Source: a bacterium
GTDB taxonomy: Bacteria > Bacillota_I > Bacilli_A > RFN20 > CAG-826
Direction of reading: 5' to 3'
Assembly (NCBI GenBank): GCA_004561785.1
Contig: SFUB01000002.1
Location: forward strand, 1 to 40,356
Length of the DNA stretch: 40,356 nt
The notes under the pieces are model-generated. The model was not told the origin of the DNA. It ran no database searches and saw nothing but the letters and a program-made list of their open reading frames with translations. Shown one piece after another: positions 26,701-34,259 of the stretch; the stretch's first letter is position 1, and every line of letters begins with the position of its first letter. The position numbers and the translations under genes were made by a program.

Positions 26701-26762
26701 ACGAGAAGGACCGCCGAACCGCGGGCAAATACCTCGCCAAGAGAATCGAAGTCATCCCCTAA
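23739..26762 (+). CDS. dnaE: DNA polymerase III alpha subunit (DnaE type)
   Basis: The 1007-aa protein starts MSYLPLHIYSGNSFL (PHP region). It carries GYADYFLLVQDY, SVGPGRGSGAGSLVSYAL, PDIDVDF, HAAGVII, KMDLLGL, the LFRPGP motif and YGFNKSH. The track start at 23688 is an upstream TTG. Confidence 0.9.
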   Translation: MSYLPLHIYSGNSFLRSGLPLRRIGGLVHKERIPYLCVCDYGTCSGFPEIYHTAKDIGVKPLFGMDVEIEGNLFSLFVRNEQGYRNLLLIDRRFSDKELTLDFLRSHSSGLSIVLASESSFLRSLYRSEAKSLPKRIQELSKGIESFYLGVPYLPEENSFVSFVRNFVKEYPYPSLAYPHILYQKKEDAIVLKIVQAIASRSTLEEKEAEGYRYFLSQEEADGYFTEEERQATLDLAASCSEFAFIQKRGGLLSFPNPLGIDSAEYLRKLAFEGLEKKKPGYSKEYEDRLNYELDIIVKMGYADYFLLVQDYVNHSRSIGISVGPGRGSGAGSLVSYALDIVTPDPIENGLLFERFLNPERKTMPDIDVDFADIRRDEVVSYLREKYGTERVAHIMTEQVMAAKASLRDIGRVFSYEPRQIDLLAKACDGYLSLRENYKTNLRFRRIVDSDKYYLQIVSLAAKIEGLPRQSGLHAAGVIINDRPLDECLPISDQEGTGYVSQYDMTHLEEQGFLKMDLLGLRNLTIVDRCLENIRLKRGITLNYREIPYQDKDAIALIAATKTMGLFQLESPGMNRAIRELRPESFNDVVALLALFRPGPMENIPSYARRKAGKEKIVYLDPCLESILAPTYGIIVYQEQIMQMVQALAGFSFGEADLFRRAISKKDAAKLNALKSDFISGCLKMGRSQAIAEKAYALIYRFADYGFNKSHSVCYAMLACQMAYLKAHYPEEFYCAILDDGGLSNPSLISEIKSSGLRFHVPDINKASVRFESQGKDIFLPLSSISGIQRNLLNALLDERSENGEFKDYFSFVSRMYRRGLNEAALLKFIDAGCFDSLCPNRSSLRLSSKPALKYAEIASSFLDQPSLFPFTLEEPKLTEIEDDRMYDLLCERDALGMMVSGSPLESKKGYIEENRLLRLSALADGPYSAECAGVVGSVKTILTKKGARMAFLRLYDDEAEAEFTLFSEAYDQSYIALKEGNLVRVSYEKDRRTAGKYLAKRIEVIP

Positions 26763-26772
26763 GGAGAAGAAC

Positions 26773-29385
26773 ATGAACAATTGCAAGCATCTTTACGTCA
26801 TCGACGGGAACTCCCTGCTTTTCCGCGCCTATTTCGCGACCAGCTACGGCGGAAGCGAGAGCATCATGAGGACTTCCGGCGGGATCCCCACCAACGCGAT
26901 TTTCGCTTTTTCGAATATGATCCTCAAAATCCTCGGCTCCTTCCGCGGAGGAGAGTCGGTCTTCGTGGGCTTCGATTGCGATTCGAAGACCTTCCGCAAA
27001 GAGGAATTCCAAGATTACAAAGCCAACCGGAAGCCCGCGCCGGAGGATTTAATCCTCCAGTTCCCGATTTCTAGGGAGATGCTGCGGGTCCTTGGGGTCT
27101 GCCATTATGAGGAGCATGGCGTTGAGGCCGACGATCTCTGCGGCACAGTCGCAAAGCTCGCCTCCGGCAAAGGCTATAAGGTCGATGTCTACACCTCCGA
27201 CAAAGACTATCTTCAGCTCGTTGACGACAATATCACCGTAAATCTTCTTAAAACGGGACTTTCCAACATGAATCCCATTACCCCGGAGGAGATGGTGAAG
27301 CAATTCGGCTTCACCCCAAAACAAATCATCGACTTCAAAGGGCTCCGCGGGGATAGCAGCGACAACCTTCCCGGCATCAAAGGGATCGGTGACAAAGGCG
27401 CGACGACGCTCATCCAAACTTATGGCAGCTTCGACGCGATCGTCGAGGCAGCGAAAAAGGGCGAAATCAAAGGCAAGACCGGCGAGAAGATCATCGAAGG
27501 CGAAGCCATGGGCAGGATGTGCTATGAGCTCGCGACCATCAAAACCGATTGCGCTTTGCCCTTCGCTTTGGAGGATTTGCTTTATTCCGGATATGAAGAG
27601 TCCCCGGCCAAGGAATTCGCCGAGAAATACGAGCTGCGTTCCTTCGTTTCCAAGCTTCCAACCCTTTTCAAAAAAGGCGAAAAGGAAGAACTTCCAGAGC
27701 CGAAGCGCATCGCCTCTTTTAAGGGGCTATCTTTCCCAAGCAAGATCGGGCTCGCTTTGGATCTTGATGAAAGCAACCCGCACGAAGCTTCTTTGAACGG
27801 GATAGCGGTTTCCTTCGGCCGAGAGGTCTATTACGAAGATGCCGCCGCCATGAAGGCGGACGAGATTCTGAAAAACGCGCTTATTGATCCTACGATTTCC
27901 AAATGCGTCTATGACGCCAAACTCGTCGAAGTCGGCTTAGAGCGCATCAATATGAGCATTCAAGGGATCTCTTTCGATTTGCTGCTGGCCAGCTATCTGC
28001 TTGATTCCGTCTGCGGCGACGCCGAATCCGTCGCCTCTTCCTTTGGGATCGCCTTCAAGAAGCAGGCCTTGAGCCTATTGGATCCCTGCGAGGTCGAGGC
28101 CACTTCGACTTTGGCTTTCCTCTCTCTGGCCAAGGAATCCTCCTTGAGAAAAAGCTTAGAATCCAACGCCTCCTATTCCCTCTATGAAAAAATCGAGTTC
28201 CCCCTCTCCTTCGTCCTAGCCAAGATGGAGAAAGAAGGGATCCCCGCCCACCAGGAGGTTCTCCAAGAGATCGGAAAGGACTTCGGGTTCAAGATGAAGA
28301 GCGCCGAAGATCAGGTATACGCCCTTGCCGGCCATCCCTTCAACATCGCTTCTCCGAAGCAAGTCGCAACCGTCTTGTTCCAGGAGATGAACCTCCCCCA
28401 TGGCCGTTCGGCCTCCACCTCCGCAGAAACCTTGCTCGCCTTGTCACAGGAAGCCCCAATCGCCGGGAAGATCCTCGAGTACCGCAAATACGCCAAACTC
28501 TTAGGGACCTATGTGGAAGGTTTGTTGCCGCATATCGCAAAAGATGGCAAGATCCACACCTCCTTCAATCAAACCCAAACCTCGACCGGCAGGCTTTCTT
28601 CCAGCAATCCGAATCTTCAGAACATCAGCGTCCGCGACGAAGAGGGAAAGCAAGTGAGGAAGGCTTTCTATTACGACGATCCGGACACCTATCTGCTCTC
28701 CTTGGATTATCACCAGATCGAGCTTCGGATCTTGGCCGCCTTATCCGGATGCAAAGCCTATCAAAAGGTCTTCGCCGAAGACCGCGACGTCCACGAAGAG
28801 ACGGCCCGCAAAATCTTCCACGTCCCAGACGGGGAGGAAGTCCCCCACGAGCTTAGAAGAAGGGCAAAGGCCATCAACTTTGCGATCATCTATGGAACGA
28901 CCCCATGGGGGTTGGCGGATCAAATCGGCTGTTCTCCCTCCGAAGCAAGCGAAGTCATCGATGCCTTCTACGAGGCTTATCCGGAGATCAAGACCTACCT
29001 TTCCTCCATCATCGAACAGGTCCAAAAGAAGGGATACGTGGAGACATTGACGGGAAGAAGGAGATATCTAAAAGACATCACCGACCCCTCATACATGAAA
29101 CGCGAGGCCGCCAAGCGGGCCGCCTTAAACGCCCCCGTTCAAGGCTCGGCAGCCGACCTCATCAAAATCGCGATGCTCTCAATCGACTCCTATTTGTCTG
29201 AAAAGAAGTGCAAAACCAAGATGGTTCTGCAAATCCACGACGAATTGCTCTTTGCGGGTCCAAAAGAGGAACTGGAAGCCATGATCCCGGACCTAAGTCG
29301 CCTAATGACGGAAGCCATTCCCCTTCCCGTCAAATTGACCGTGGAGCCTAGCATCGGGAAGACTTGGTACGAGGCGAAGGATTGA
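26773..29385 (+). CDS. polA: DNA polymerase I (5'-nuclease, 3'-5' exo-like and polymerase domains)
   Basis: It carries LYVIDGNSLLFRAYFA, GIKGIGDKGAT (H3TH), the motif A region LLSLDYHQIELRILA, motif B RRRAKAINFAIIYG and motif C LQIHDEL. AAGGAG lies upstream. Confidence 0.95.
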   Translation: MNNCKHLYVIDGNSLLFRAYFATSYGGSESIMRTSGGIPTNAIFAFSNMILKILGSFRGGESVFVGFDCDSKTFRKEEFQDYKANRKPAPEDLILQFPISREMLRVLGVCHYEEHGVEADDLCGTVAKLASGKGYKVDVYTSDKDYLQLVDDNITVNLLKTGLSNMNPITPEEMVKQFGFTPKQIIDFKGLRGDSSDNLPGIKGIGDKGATTLIQTYGSFDAIVEAAKKGEIKGKTGEKIIEGEAMGRMCYELATIKTDCALPFALEDLLYSGYEESPAKEFAEKYELRSFVSKLPTLFKKGEKEELPEPKRIASFKGLSFPSKIGLALDLDESNPHEASLNGIAVSFGREVYYEDAAAMKADEILKNALIDPTISKCVYDAKLVEVGLERINMSIQGISFDLLLASYLLDSVCGDAESVASSFGIAFKKQALSLLDPCEVEATSTLAFLSLAKESSLRKSLESNASYSLYEKIEFPLSFVLAKMEKEGIPAHQEVLQEIGKDFGFKMKSAEDQVYALAGHPFNIASPKQVATVLFQEMNLPHGRSASTSAETLLALSQEAPIAGKILEYRKYAKLLGTYVEGLLPHIAKDGKIHTSFNQTQTSTGRLSSSNPNLQNISVRDEEGKQVRKAFYYDDPDTYLLSLDYHQIELRILAALSGCKAYQKVFAEDRDVHEETARKIFHVPDGEEVPHELRRRAKAINFAIIYGTTPWGLADQIGCSPSEASEVIDAFYEAYPEIKTYLSSIIEQVQKKGYVETLTGRRRYLKDITDPSYMKREAAKRAALNAPVQGSAADLIKIAMLSIDSYLSEKKCKTKMVLQIHDELLFAGPKEELEAMIPDLSRLMTEAIPLPVKLTVEPSIGKTWYEAKD

Positions 29386-29387
29386 TT

Positions 29388-30776
29388 ATGCCTGAACTCC
29401 CCGAAGTGGAAACCATCCGAAGATTCCTTTCCCCCGAGTTGAGCGGAAGAAGGATCCTTTCGGTTGAAGTGCTCCGAAACAAAAACGTGGAGACGCCTCT
29501 CGAGCAATTTCTCGCCGTTCTTCCCGGAAGGAAGATCGAAGGGATCTCTAGGCGCGGAAAATTTCTTTTGTTCCGTTTGGAGGGCGGCCTCGTTTTGATG
29601 TGCCATCTCCGCATGGAAGGAAAGCTCTTCGTGAAGGAAGAGGGAGCGCCCCTAGAGAAGCACGATCTCTTCGTTTTCCATTTGGATGATGGCAAAAAGC
29701 TCATCTACAACGACACGCGGAAATTCGGGAGATTTGGCCTATACAAGGAGGAGGAACTGCCCTTCAGCCCGGTCGGGAAGCTGGGGAAGGAGCCTTCAAA
29801 AATCTCGCTTCAGGAATTCCAATCCGGGCTGAAAAGACGCAAAAAGGCCATAAAAGAAGCCTTATTAGATCAGACTTTGACCGCCGGAATCGGGAACATA
29901 TACGCCGACGAAAGCCTTTTCCGAGCGCAAATCTCCCCTTTTCGCCCCGCTTCTTCTTTGAGCGACGGGGAGTCTGCCCGTCTGCTTTCTTGCATCAGGG
30001 ATGTCTTGGAAGAGGCCATCGAAGCGGGTGGGTCGACCGTAAAAAGCTATCACCCGCGGGACGGGGAAAGCGGAAGGATGCAATTTCGCCTATTAGCCTA
30101 CGGGAAAAAGGGCAAACCCTGCCCCCGCTGCGGATTCCCCTTGAAGAAAGAAAAACTCGGAGGAAGGGGCACGGTCTATTGCCCCCACTGCCAGAGAAAG
30201 GCCGGAGGGAAAATCGTTGTTGGCGTGCTGGGGCCCATTCATTCGGGGAAGAGCACCGTCTCTTCTATTTTGTCCGAAAATGGGTATCGGGTTTATGACG
30301 CCGACAAAGACGTCCGCGCTCTTTATCAAGAGAAGACCTTCCAGAAAAAGATCGCCAAAGCCTTTGGAGATGAGGCCTTGAAAGAAGGCTTCATCGACTT
30401 CGCTTACCTGCGCCTCATCTTCTCCAAGGACGCTTCTTCGAAAGCTAAGATCAATTCCCTGGTGTTCCCAGCCATTAAGGAAAGAGCGGCAGCATTCATC
30501 AAAAAACAGCCGATTAATTCCAAAATCGTCTTGGACGTGCCTTTGCTTTTCCAAGCCAAGATGGACTCCCTTTGCGATGCGACGCTATTGGTGTTCGCCT
30601 CTTTAAAAACTCAAAGAGAGCGGCTTGAGAAAGAAGGAAGAGACGCCGAAAAGCTCCTTGCAATCAACGCCGGATATCCTTTGGAGGAACTAAAAAGAAA
30701 AGTCTCCTTCGTCTTGGAGAACGAGGGGGACCTCAAAGCGCTAAAGGAGAAGCTGAAAGCTTTGCCTTTGCCTTGA
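29388..30776 (+). CDS. mutM-coaE: Fusion protein: formamidopyrimidine-DNA glycosylase (Fpg/MutM) N-terminal part plus dephospho-CoA kinase (CoaE) C-terminal part
   Basis: It starts MPELPEVET (the catalytic Pro2 requires the ATG at 29388, not the track start at 29364). It carries the H2TH region LLDQTLTAGIGNIYADESLF and the zinc finger CPRCG...CPHCQ, which ends at codon 268. Six residues later it continues as IVVGVLGPIHSGKSTVSSIL (P-loop, 30231..30257), then YDADKDVRALY, VLDVPLLFQ and TQRERLEKEGRD, which are CoaE motifs. The reading frame is single and uninterrupted. Confidence 0.85.
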   Translation: MPELPEVETIRRFLSPELSGRRILSVEVLRNKNVETPLEQFLAVLPGRKIEGISRRGKFLLFRLEGGLVLMCHLRMEGKLFVKEEGAPLEKHDLFVFHLDDGKKLIYNDTRKFGRFGLYKEEELPFSPVGKLGKEPSKISLQEFQSGLKRRKKAIKEALLDQTLTAGIGNIYADESLFRAQISPFRPASSLSDGESARLLSCIRDVLEEAIEAGGSTVKSYHPRDGESGRMQFRLLAYGKKGKPCPRCGFPLKKEKLGGRGTVYCPHCQRKAGGKIVVGVLGPIHSGKSTVSSILSENGYRVYDADKDVRALYQEKTFQKKIAKAFGDEALKEGFIDFAYLRLIFSKDASSKAKINSLVFPAIKERAAAFIKKQPINSKIVLDVPLLFQAKMDSLCDATLLVFASLKTQRERLEKEGRDAEKLLAINAGYPLEELKRKVSFVLENEGDLKALKEKLKALPLP

Positions 30777-31673
30777 TCAATACAAGTCAGCGCCGCTGAC
30801 GTCGAGTTCATTTCCGCAGTAATCTTTGAGGATCGAATAAAGCTGTTTTGCCCGGCTGGCCCCGATTTTATCCGCATAAAGCTGGCAGACTTCCTGCTCA
30901 TCAAGGAGGGAGGAGAAACAGGTGACGAGATCGTTTTTGCTTCGCTCAAGCAAAAGAGGGAAAAGGTAATTCGCGAAATTGTAATCGCTGATGAATTCGT
31001 TCCCGAAGCCATCGAGGATGAGCAAGGGGCAGTTCAGATATTTGGAGAACGTGCGTTCAAATTCCTCTTTGTCGCTGAAGGCCAGGCTTTTCATCTCATC
31101 GAAGAAGTAAATGGATGAAACGAAGGCGACGGGGGAGGCCTTCAAATCGGCGAAGGTATTCGCGAAGGAGGCGAGCATCATCGATTTGCCGCTTTTCTTT
31201 CCGCCCACGAGGTAGAGCCATCTTCGGCTCTTCCCTTGGATGATCTTGACCATTTCAAGGATGGCGTCATTGCGTTTTTTCGTTCTGTCGATGCTCTGAA
31301 GATCGTAATGGAGCCATTCCCTGGGGAAATCGCGCTTCAAGAAGCGGCGTTGGAATTTGTTTTCTTCGAGCGTCCTGGGGCAAGGGTCGTAATGGCGGTC
31401 TATGGCCCCATCCTCAAAATCGAGACTCAGCACGAATCCCGGATTGGTTTTGGCGCAGGCGCCAAGCCCCGGGCAATGGAGGCAATATTCGCGATCCTCC
31501 TTAAGATCCATGAGGGGAGCCAAATAAAGGCGGACCTGGCCTTTGGTCAAGGAGTGTTCCTTGATGAATCGATACACGTCCTCGTTATTTTTGAGGGAAT
31601 CCGCCGCTTTTTCTTCTTCCTTGAGAAATTCCTCTCGGCTAAAAGGGGATTTGGGCAATTTCATCTTTTCCAT
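30777..31673 (-). CDS. dnaI: Primosomal / helicase-loader protein DnaI
   Basis: It has an N-terminal Cys/His cluster (CLHCPGLGAC), an AAA+ core LYLVGGKKSGKSMML (Walker A) and LLILDGFGNE (Walker B). It lies directly downstream of the Bacillus-type dnaB gene. Confidence 0.75.
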   Translation of the reverse strand: MEKMKLPKSPFSREEFLKEEEKAADSLKNNEDVYRFIKEHSLTKGQVRLYLAPLMDLKEDREYCLHCPGLGACAKTNPGFVLSLDFEDGAIDRHYDPCPRTLEENKFQRRFLKRDFPREWLHYDLQSIDRTKKRNDAILEMVKIIQGKSRRWLYLVGGKKSGKSMMLASFANTFADLKASPVAFVSSIYFFDEMKSLAFSDKEEFERTFSKYLNCPLLILDGFGNEFISDYNFANYLFPLLLERSKNDLVTCFSSLLDEQEVCQLYADKIGASRAKQLYSILKDYCGNELDVSGADLY

Positions 31674-31678
31674 GTTCT

Positions 31679-32938
31679 TTACCTTTTTTTCGATCCGAAT
31701 AGTTCCGAAAGAGCCGCGTCGACGTCCGCATCGCTTGCGTGCTCATGGGATTGAAGTTGGGGCTCGTTTCCTTTGTCCAGGAAGTCGACTGTCTTCTTGG
31801 CGCTGCGGAAGCTGACCGGGCGTTGTCTCTTCTTGGACGAGGAGGAAAGGTAATCCCAAGCATCCCGGGCGGTCTGGCAGCCCTCTCTAATTAATGAAGC
31901 CCCCACTTTGTCCGCGAAACCATAGGGCAATTCGTTTCCGTTTTTCTGAAGCGTAAACCAAAGCAAGGCGTTGATGGCGGGGTCGCTTAGTCCTAGGTCG
32001 CTAGCCAAATGGCTTAGCAACTTCAGGTCGCTGGCGGCTGGCTTGTGTTTCTTTTGAAGGTAGGTGAGGAAAGCCGCGGGAGAAAGCTTGTCCATGATTT
32101 TGATGAGATTGGCATCTACCGACTCGGAGGTTACGGGGCTGTTTTGCGCGCTTTCTTGACGGAGATAGGGGAAATCCAAGGAGTCGCGGCACCGCTTCCC
32201 AAAGGATTCCATGTCAATTCGGCTCCCGCTGGGTTCCGATCCCCGATAGCAGTCGGAGACAAGGCCAGCGATCAGCTTGGAATCTAGGCAATACAAAGCG
32301 GAGAAGCGAGCAACCGTATCGATCTCTTCTTGGCTGAGGGTCTCAGAGCGAATCCCTTTCTCGAGCAAAGCGTTCGAAAACTCTCGGAAATCGAAGACCG
32401 TTTTGACTTTGGCTTCCTTGGATCTGGCGTTTGTCTCAACCCGAAAGACGGGATCGGAAAGGTTTGGGGAGAAGAAAGCGGAGAAGGACGTCCCAACGTC
32501 CTGAAAGGATTTATCCGCTGGGGCTACATCCACCTTGTATTTTCTAAGAAGCCTTCTCACTTCCGCCTCCCCCACGTATTTCTCCAGCGTCCCTCGGTAA
32601 AGTACGTCGGAGAGGAAGCGGTTCGGCTCCACGGGGCTGCGGAGGCAATAGATGAAATAATGGGTGGTCTCATCTTCTTGGTAATAGGTCTTCACAAGCC
32701 CCATCGCCTCCAAAGGGAGCACGGCTTGGTAGAACTGGCCCGGGCTGAGTTGAAGCTTTTGGAGCAAATGGGCGTGGGTGCTGGGCGTTTTTCCTTCGCC
32801 CCAAAGCGCGAAATAGGCCGCAAAGGCATTGGCTCCGATCAAAGGAAGATAGAGATCCGACATGGCATTCATGAACAAAGAAGAAGGCAAAGCCTGCTTC
32901 CGGACCTCGAAGAAATCGTTCGCACCGCAGTTCTTCAT
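31679..32938 (-). CDS. dnaB: Replication initiation / membrane attachment protein DnaB (Bacillus nomenclature, DnaD-like family; not the replicative helicase)
   Basis: LYLPLIGANAFAAYFALWGE and LEAMGLVKTYYQEDETTHYFIYCLRSPVEPNRFLSDVL closely parallel the B. subtilis DnaB N-terminal region as I recall it (LYQPLIGPVAFSLYMTLWGE ... LFIYELLPPLRPNEFF). Confidence 0.8.
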   Translation of the reverse strand: MKNCGANDFFEVRKQALPSSLFMNAMSDLYLPLIGANAFAAYFALWGEGKTPSTHAHLLQKLQLSPGQFYQAVLPLEAMGLVKTYYQEDETTHYFIYCLRSPVEPNRFLSDVLYRGTLEKYVGEAEVRRLLRKYKVDVAPADKSFQDVGTSFSAFFSPNLSDPVFRVETNARSKEAKVKTVFDFREFSNALLEKGIRSETLSQEEIDTVARFSALYCLDSKLIAGLVSDCYRGSEPSGSRIDMESFGKRCRDSLDFPYLRQESAQNSPVTSESVDANLIKIMDKLSPAAFLTYLQKKHKPAASDLKLLSHLASDLGLSDPAINALLWFTLQKNGNELPYGFADKVGASLIREGCQTARDAWDYLSSSSKKRQRPVSFRSAKKTVDFLDKGNEPQLQSHEHASDADVDAALSELFGSKKR

Positions 32939-32944
32939 TGGCTT

Positions 32945-32972
32945 ACTCTAGCATGTTTTGGGGTTCCAACAA
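32945..32972 (-). promoter_or_regulatory. Candidate promoter TTGTTG-16-(TGc)TAGAGT, 6 nt upstream of the dnaB ATG (leaderless candidate)
   Basis: The rc of 32967..32972 is TTGTTG and the rc of 32945..32953 is TGCTAGAGT. Only AAGCCA separates the -10 from the ATG at 32938, and there is no SD. Confidence 0.4.
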
Positions 32973-33007
32973 GTAAAAAATTCCGATGTAGTCGGCTTTT
33001 TTCTAAG

Positions 33008-33016
33008 TTTTCCACA
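33008..33016 (+). promoter_or_regulatory. DnaA-box-like 9-mer TTTTCCACA (8/9 to TTATCCACA)
   Basis: Exact string match at 33008..33016, about 65 nt upstream of the dnaB start. Confidence 0.4.
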
Positions 33017-33050
33017 GCTAAAAAGCCGATGTCTCCGGCGCATTTTAAAC

Positions 33051-33059
33051 TTTTCCACA
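33051..33059 (+). promoter_or_regulatory. DnaA-box-like 9-mer TTTTCCACA (8/9 to TTATCCACA)
   Basis: Exact string match at 33051..33059, in the same orientation, 43 bp from the first box. Confidence 0.4.
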
Positions 33060-33193
33060 AAAGCAAAAGAAAAATCCGGCTTTTTCCTTGTTCCATTTTC
33101 AAAAAGCCGGTTCCCTTTTCATTGCTCCTTCGCCTTTCTGCTCATTTTCCATTTCGGCGCGCAACTCGCGCGCACACGGAGGGAGAATCGTCC

Positions 33194-33199
33194 TATAAT
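33194..33199 (+). promoter_or_regulatory. -10 box TATAAT upstream of pfkA
   Basis: TATAAT lies 27 nt upstream of the ATG at 33227, with GAGGGA as the SD. No convincing -35 was seen. Confidence 0.4.
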
Positions 33200-33226
33200 T
33201 GACCCGGATTTTTAGCGAGGGAATTT

Positions 33227-34195
33227 ATGATTCACAAAATTGGGATCCTTACCTCCGGCGGGGACGCGCCGGGCATGAACTGCGCCATCCGCGCAGTGGT
33301 CAGGGCCGGCCTTCATTACGGCCTGGAAGTCTATGGCGTCATGGATGGATACCGTGGCTTGGTCGAAGGCGGAGAGAACATCTTCAAGATGGACCGCTCA
33401 TCGGTCTCGGACATCGTCAACCGCGGCGGCACGGTGCTTGGCACCGCAAGGCTCCGCGAATTCAAAGAAGAGTCCGTTCGCCAAATCGCCGTCAACAACC
33501 TTCGTAAAACCGGAATCGACGCTCTCGTCGTCATCGGCGGGGACGGCTCCTACATGGGGGCCAAAAAGCTCACCGAAATGGGCATCGACTGTGTCGGATT
33601 GCCGGGAACGATCGACAACGACATCGCTTCCACCGATTACACGATCGGCTTCGACACCTGCCTCAACACCATCATGTACTGCGTGGACCACATCCGCGAC
33701 ACGACCGAATCCCATCAAAGGTGCGCCGTGATCGAGGTCATGGGCAACCATTGCGGCGATTTGGCTTTGTTCTCCGGCATAGCCGAAGGCGCCGAAATGA
33801 TCATCACCCCCGATCACCCGATTCCAGAAGACGAGATCATCTCAAGCCTCAAAAAGATGTATGAGGCCAAACGCAAACGTGCCGTGGTCATCGTTTCCGA
33901 GAAGATCTACCCCGACATCAACGCCTTTGCCGCGAGGATCCAAGAGCAGACCGGATTCGAGACGAAAGCCGAGGTCCTGGGCCGCGTCCAAAGAGGCGGA
34001 TCCCCTTCCGCTTTCGACCGCATCTTGGCCGCCAGGATGGGAGCTTATGCCGTGGACTGCCTGCTCGCCGGGAAAGGTGGCATCTGCATCGGCATGGTCA
34101 ACAACAAGATCGTGGATTACGATATCTACGAGGCCTTGAAGTTGCCCAGGGACAAGCACATCTCGATGCTCCGCTTGGTCGATATCCTCAACTGA
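33227..34195 (+). CDS. pfkA: ATP-dependent 6-phosphofructokinase
   Basis: It carries IGILTSGGDAPGMN, VVIGGDGS, GLPGTIDNDI, the MGR-type region EVMGNHCGDLAL and LGRVQRGG. Confidence 0.95.
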   Translation: MIHKIGILTSGGDAPGMNCAIRAVVRAGLHYGLEVYGVMDGYRGLVEGGENIFKMDRSSVSDIVNRGGTVLGTARLREFKEESVRQIAVNNLRKTGIDALVVIGGDGSYMGAKKLTEMGIDCVGLPGTIDNDIASTDYTIGFDTCLNTIMYCVDHIRDTTESHQRCAVIEVMGNHCGDLALFSGIAEGAEMIITPDHPIPEDEIISSLKKMYEAKRKRAVVIVSEKIYPDINAFAARIQEQTGFETKAEVLGRVQRGGSPSAFDRILAARMGAYAVDCLLAGKGGICIGMVNNKIVDYDIYEALKLPRDKHISMLRLVDILN

Positions 34196-34211
34196 GTAAG
34201 AAGTCAAAATC

Positions 34212-34235
34212 GAATAGGGCCCCAACCGGCCCTAT
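34212..34235 (+). other. Intra-operon stem-loop between pfkA and pyk
   Basis: AATAGGGCC-CCAACC-GGCCCTATT forms a 9-bp stem. It is followed by CTTCGTT, a poor U-tract, so this is more likely a processing/stability or attenuating hairpin than a full terminator. Confidence 0.4.
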
Positions 34236-34259
34236 TCTTCGTTGCGAAGAGGAGAAACT

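Larger units (their letters stand above)
32975..33060 (+). repeat. Two-copy imperfect tandem direct repeat (period 43 bp); each unit has an A-tract, CCGATGT, a short GC core and TTTTCCACA
   Basis: In unit 1, CCGATGT is at 32983..32989 and TTTTCCACA at 33008..33016. In unit 2, CCGATGT is at 33026..33032 and TTTTCCACA at 33051..33059. The internal spacing is identical (25 nt), and 25 of 34 aligned positions are identical from CCGATGT to the end of the box. Confidence 0.7.

Noticed and set aside
32975-33060. Possibility that the 43-bp repeats are a CRISPR array or minisatellite
   Set aside because: There are only two imperfect copies with no unique spacers and no cas genes. The region is reported as a regulatory repeat instead.
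33156-33175. GC-rich palindrome GCGCGCAACTCGCGCGC upstream of the pfkA -10 box
   Set aside because: The arms are alternating GC and therefore self-complementary by nature. Similar GCGCGC runs occur elsewhere (for example about 496..503 and about 39555..39562). There is not enough evidence to call it an operator.
32958-33215. 85-aa plus-strand ORF filling the dnaB/pfkA intergenic region
   Set aside because: It runs through the A-tract/DnaA-box repeats and the pfkA -10 box. It has no SD, and its Phe/Ser/Lys-rich sequence reflects T- and A-tracts. The region is better explained as regulatory DNA.
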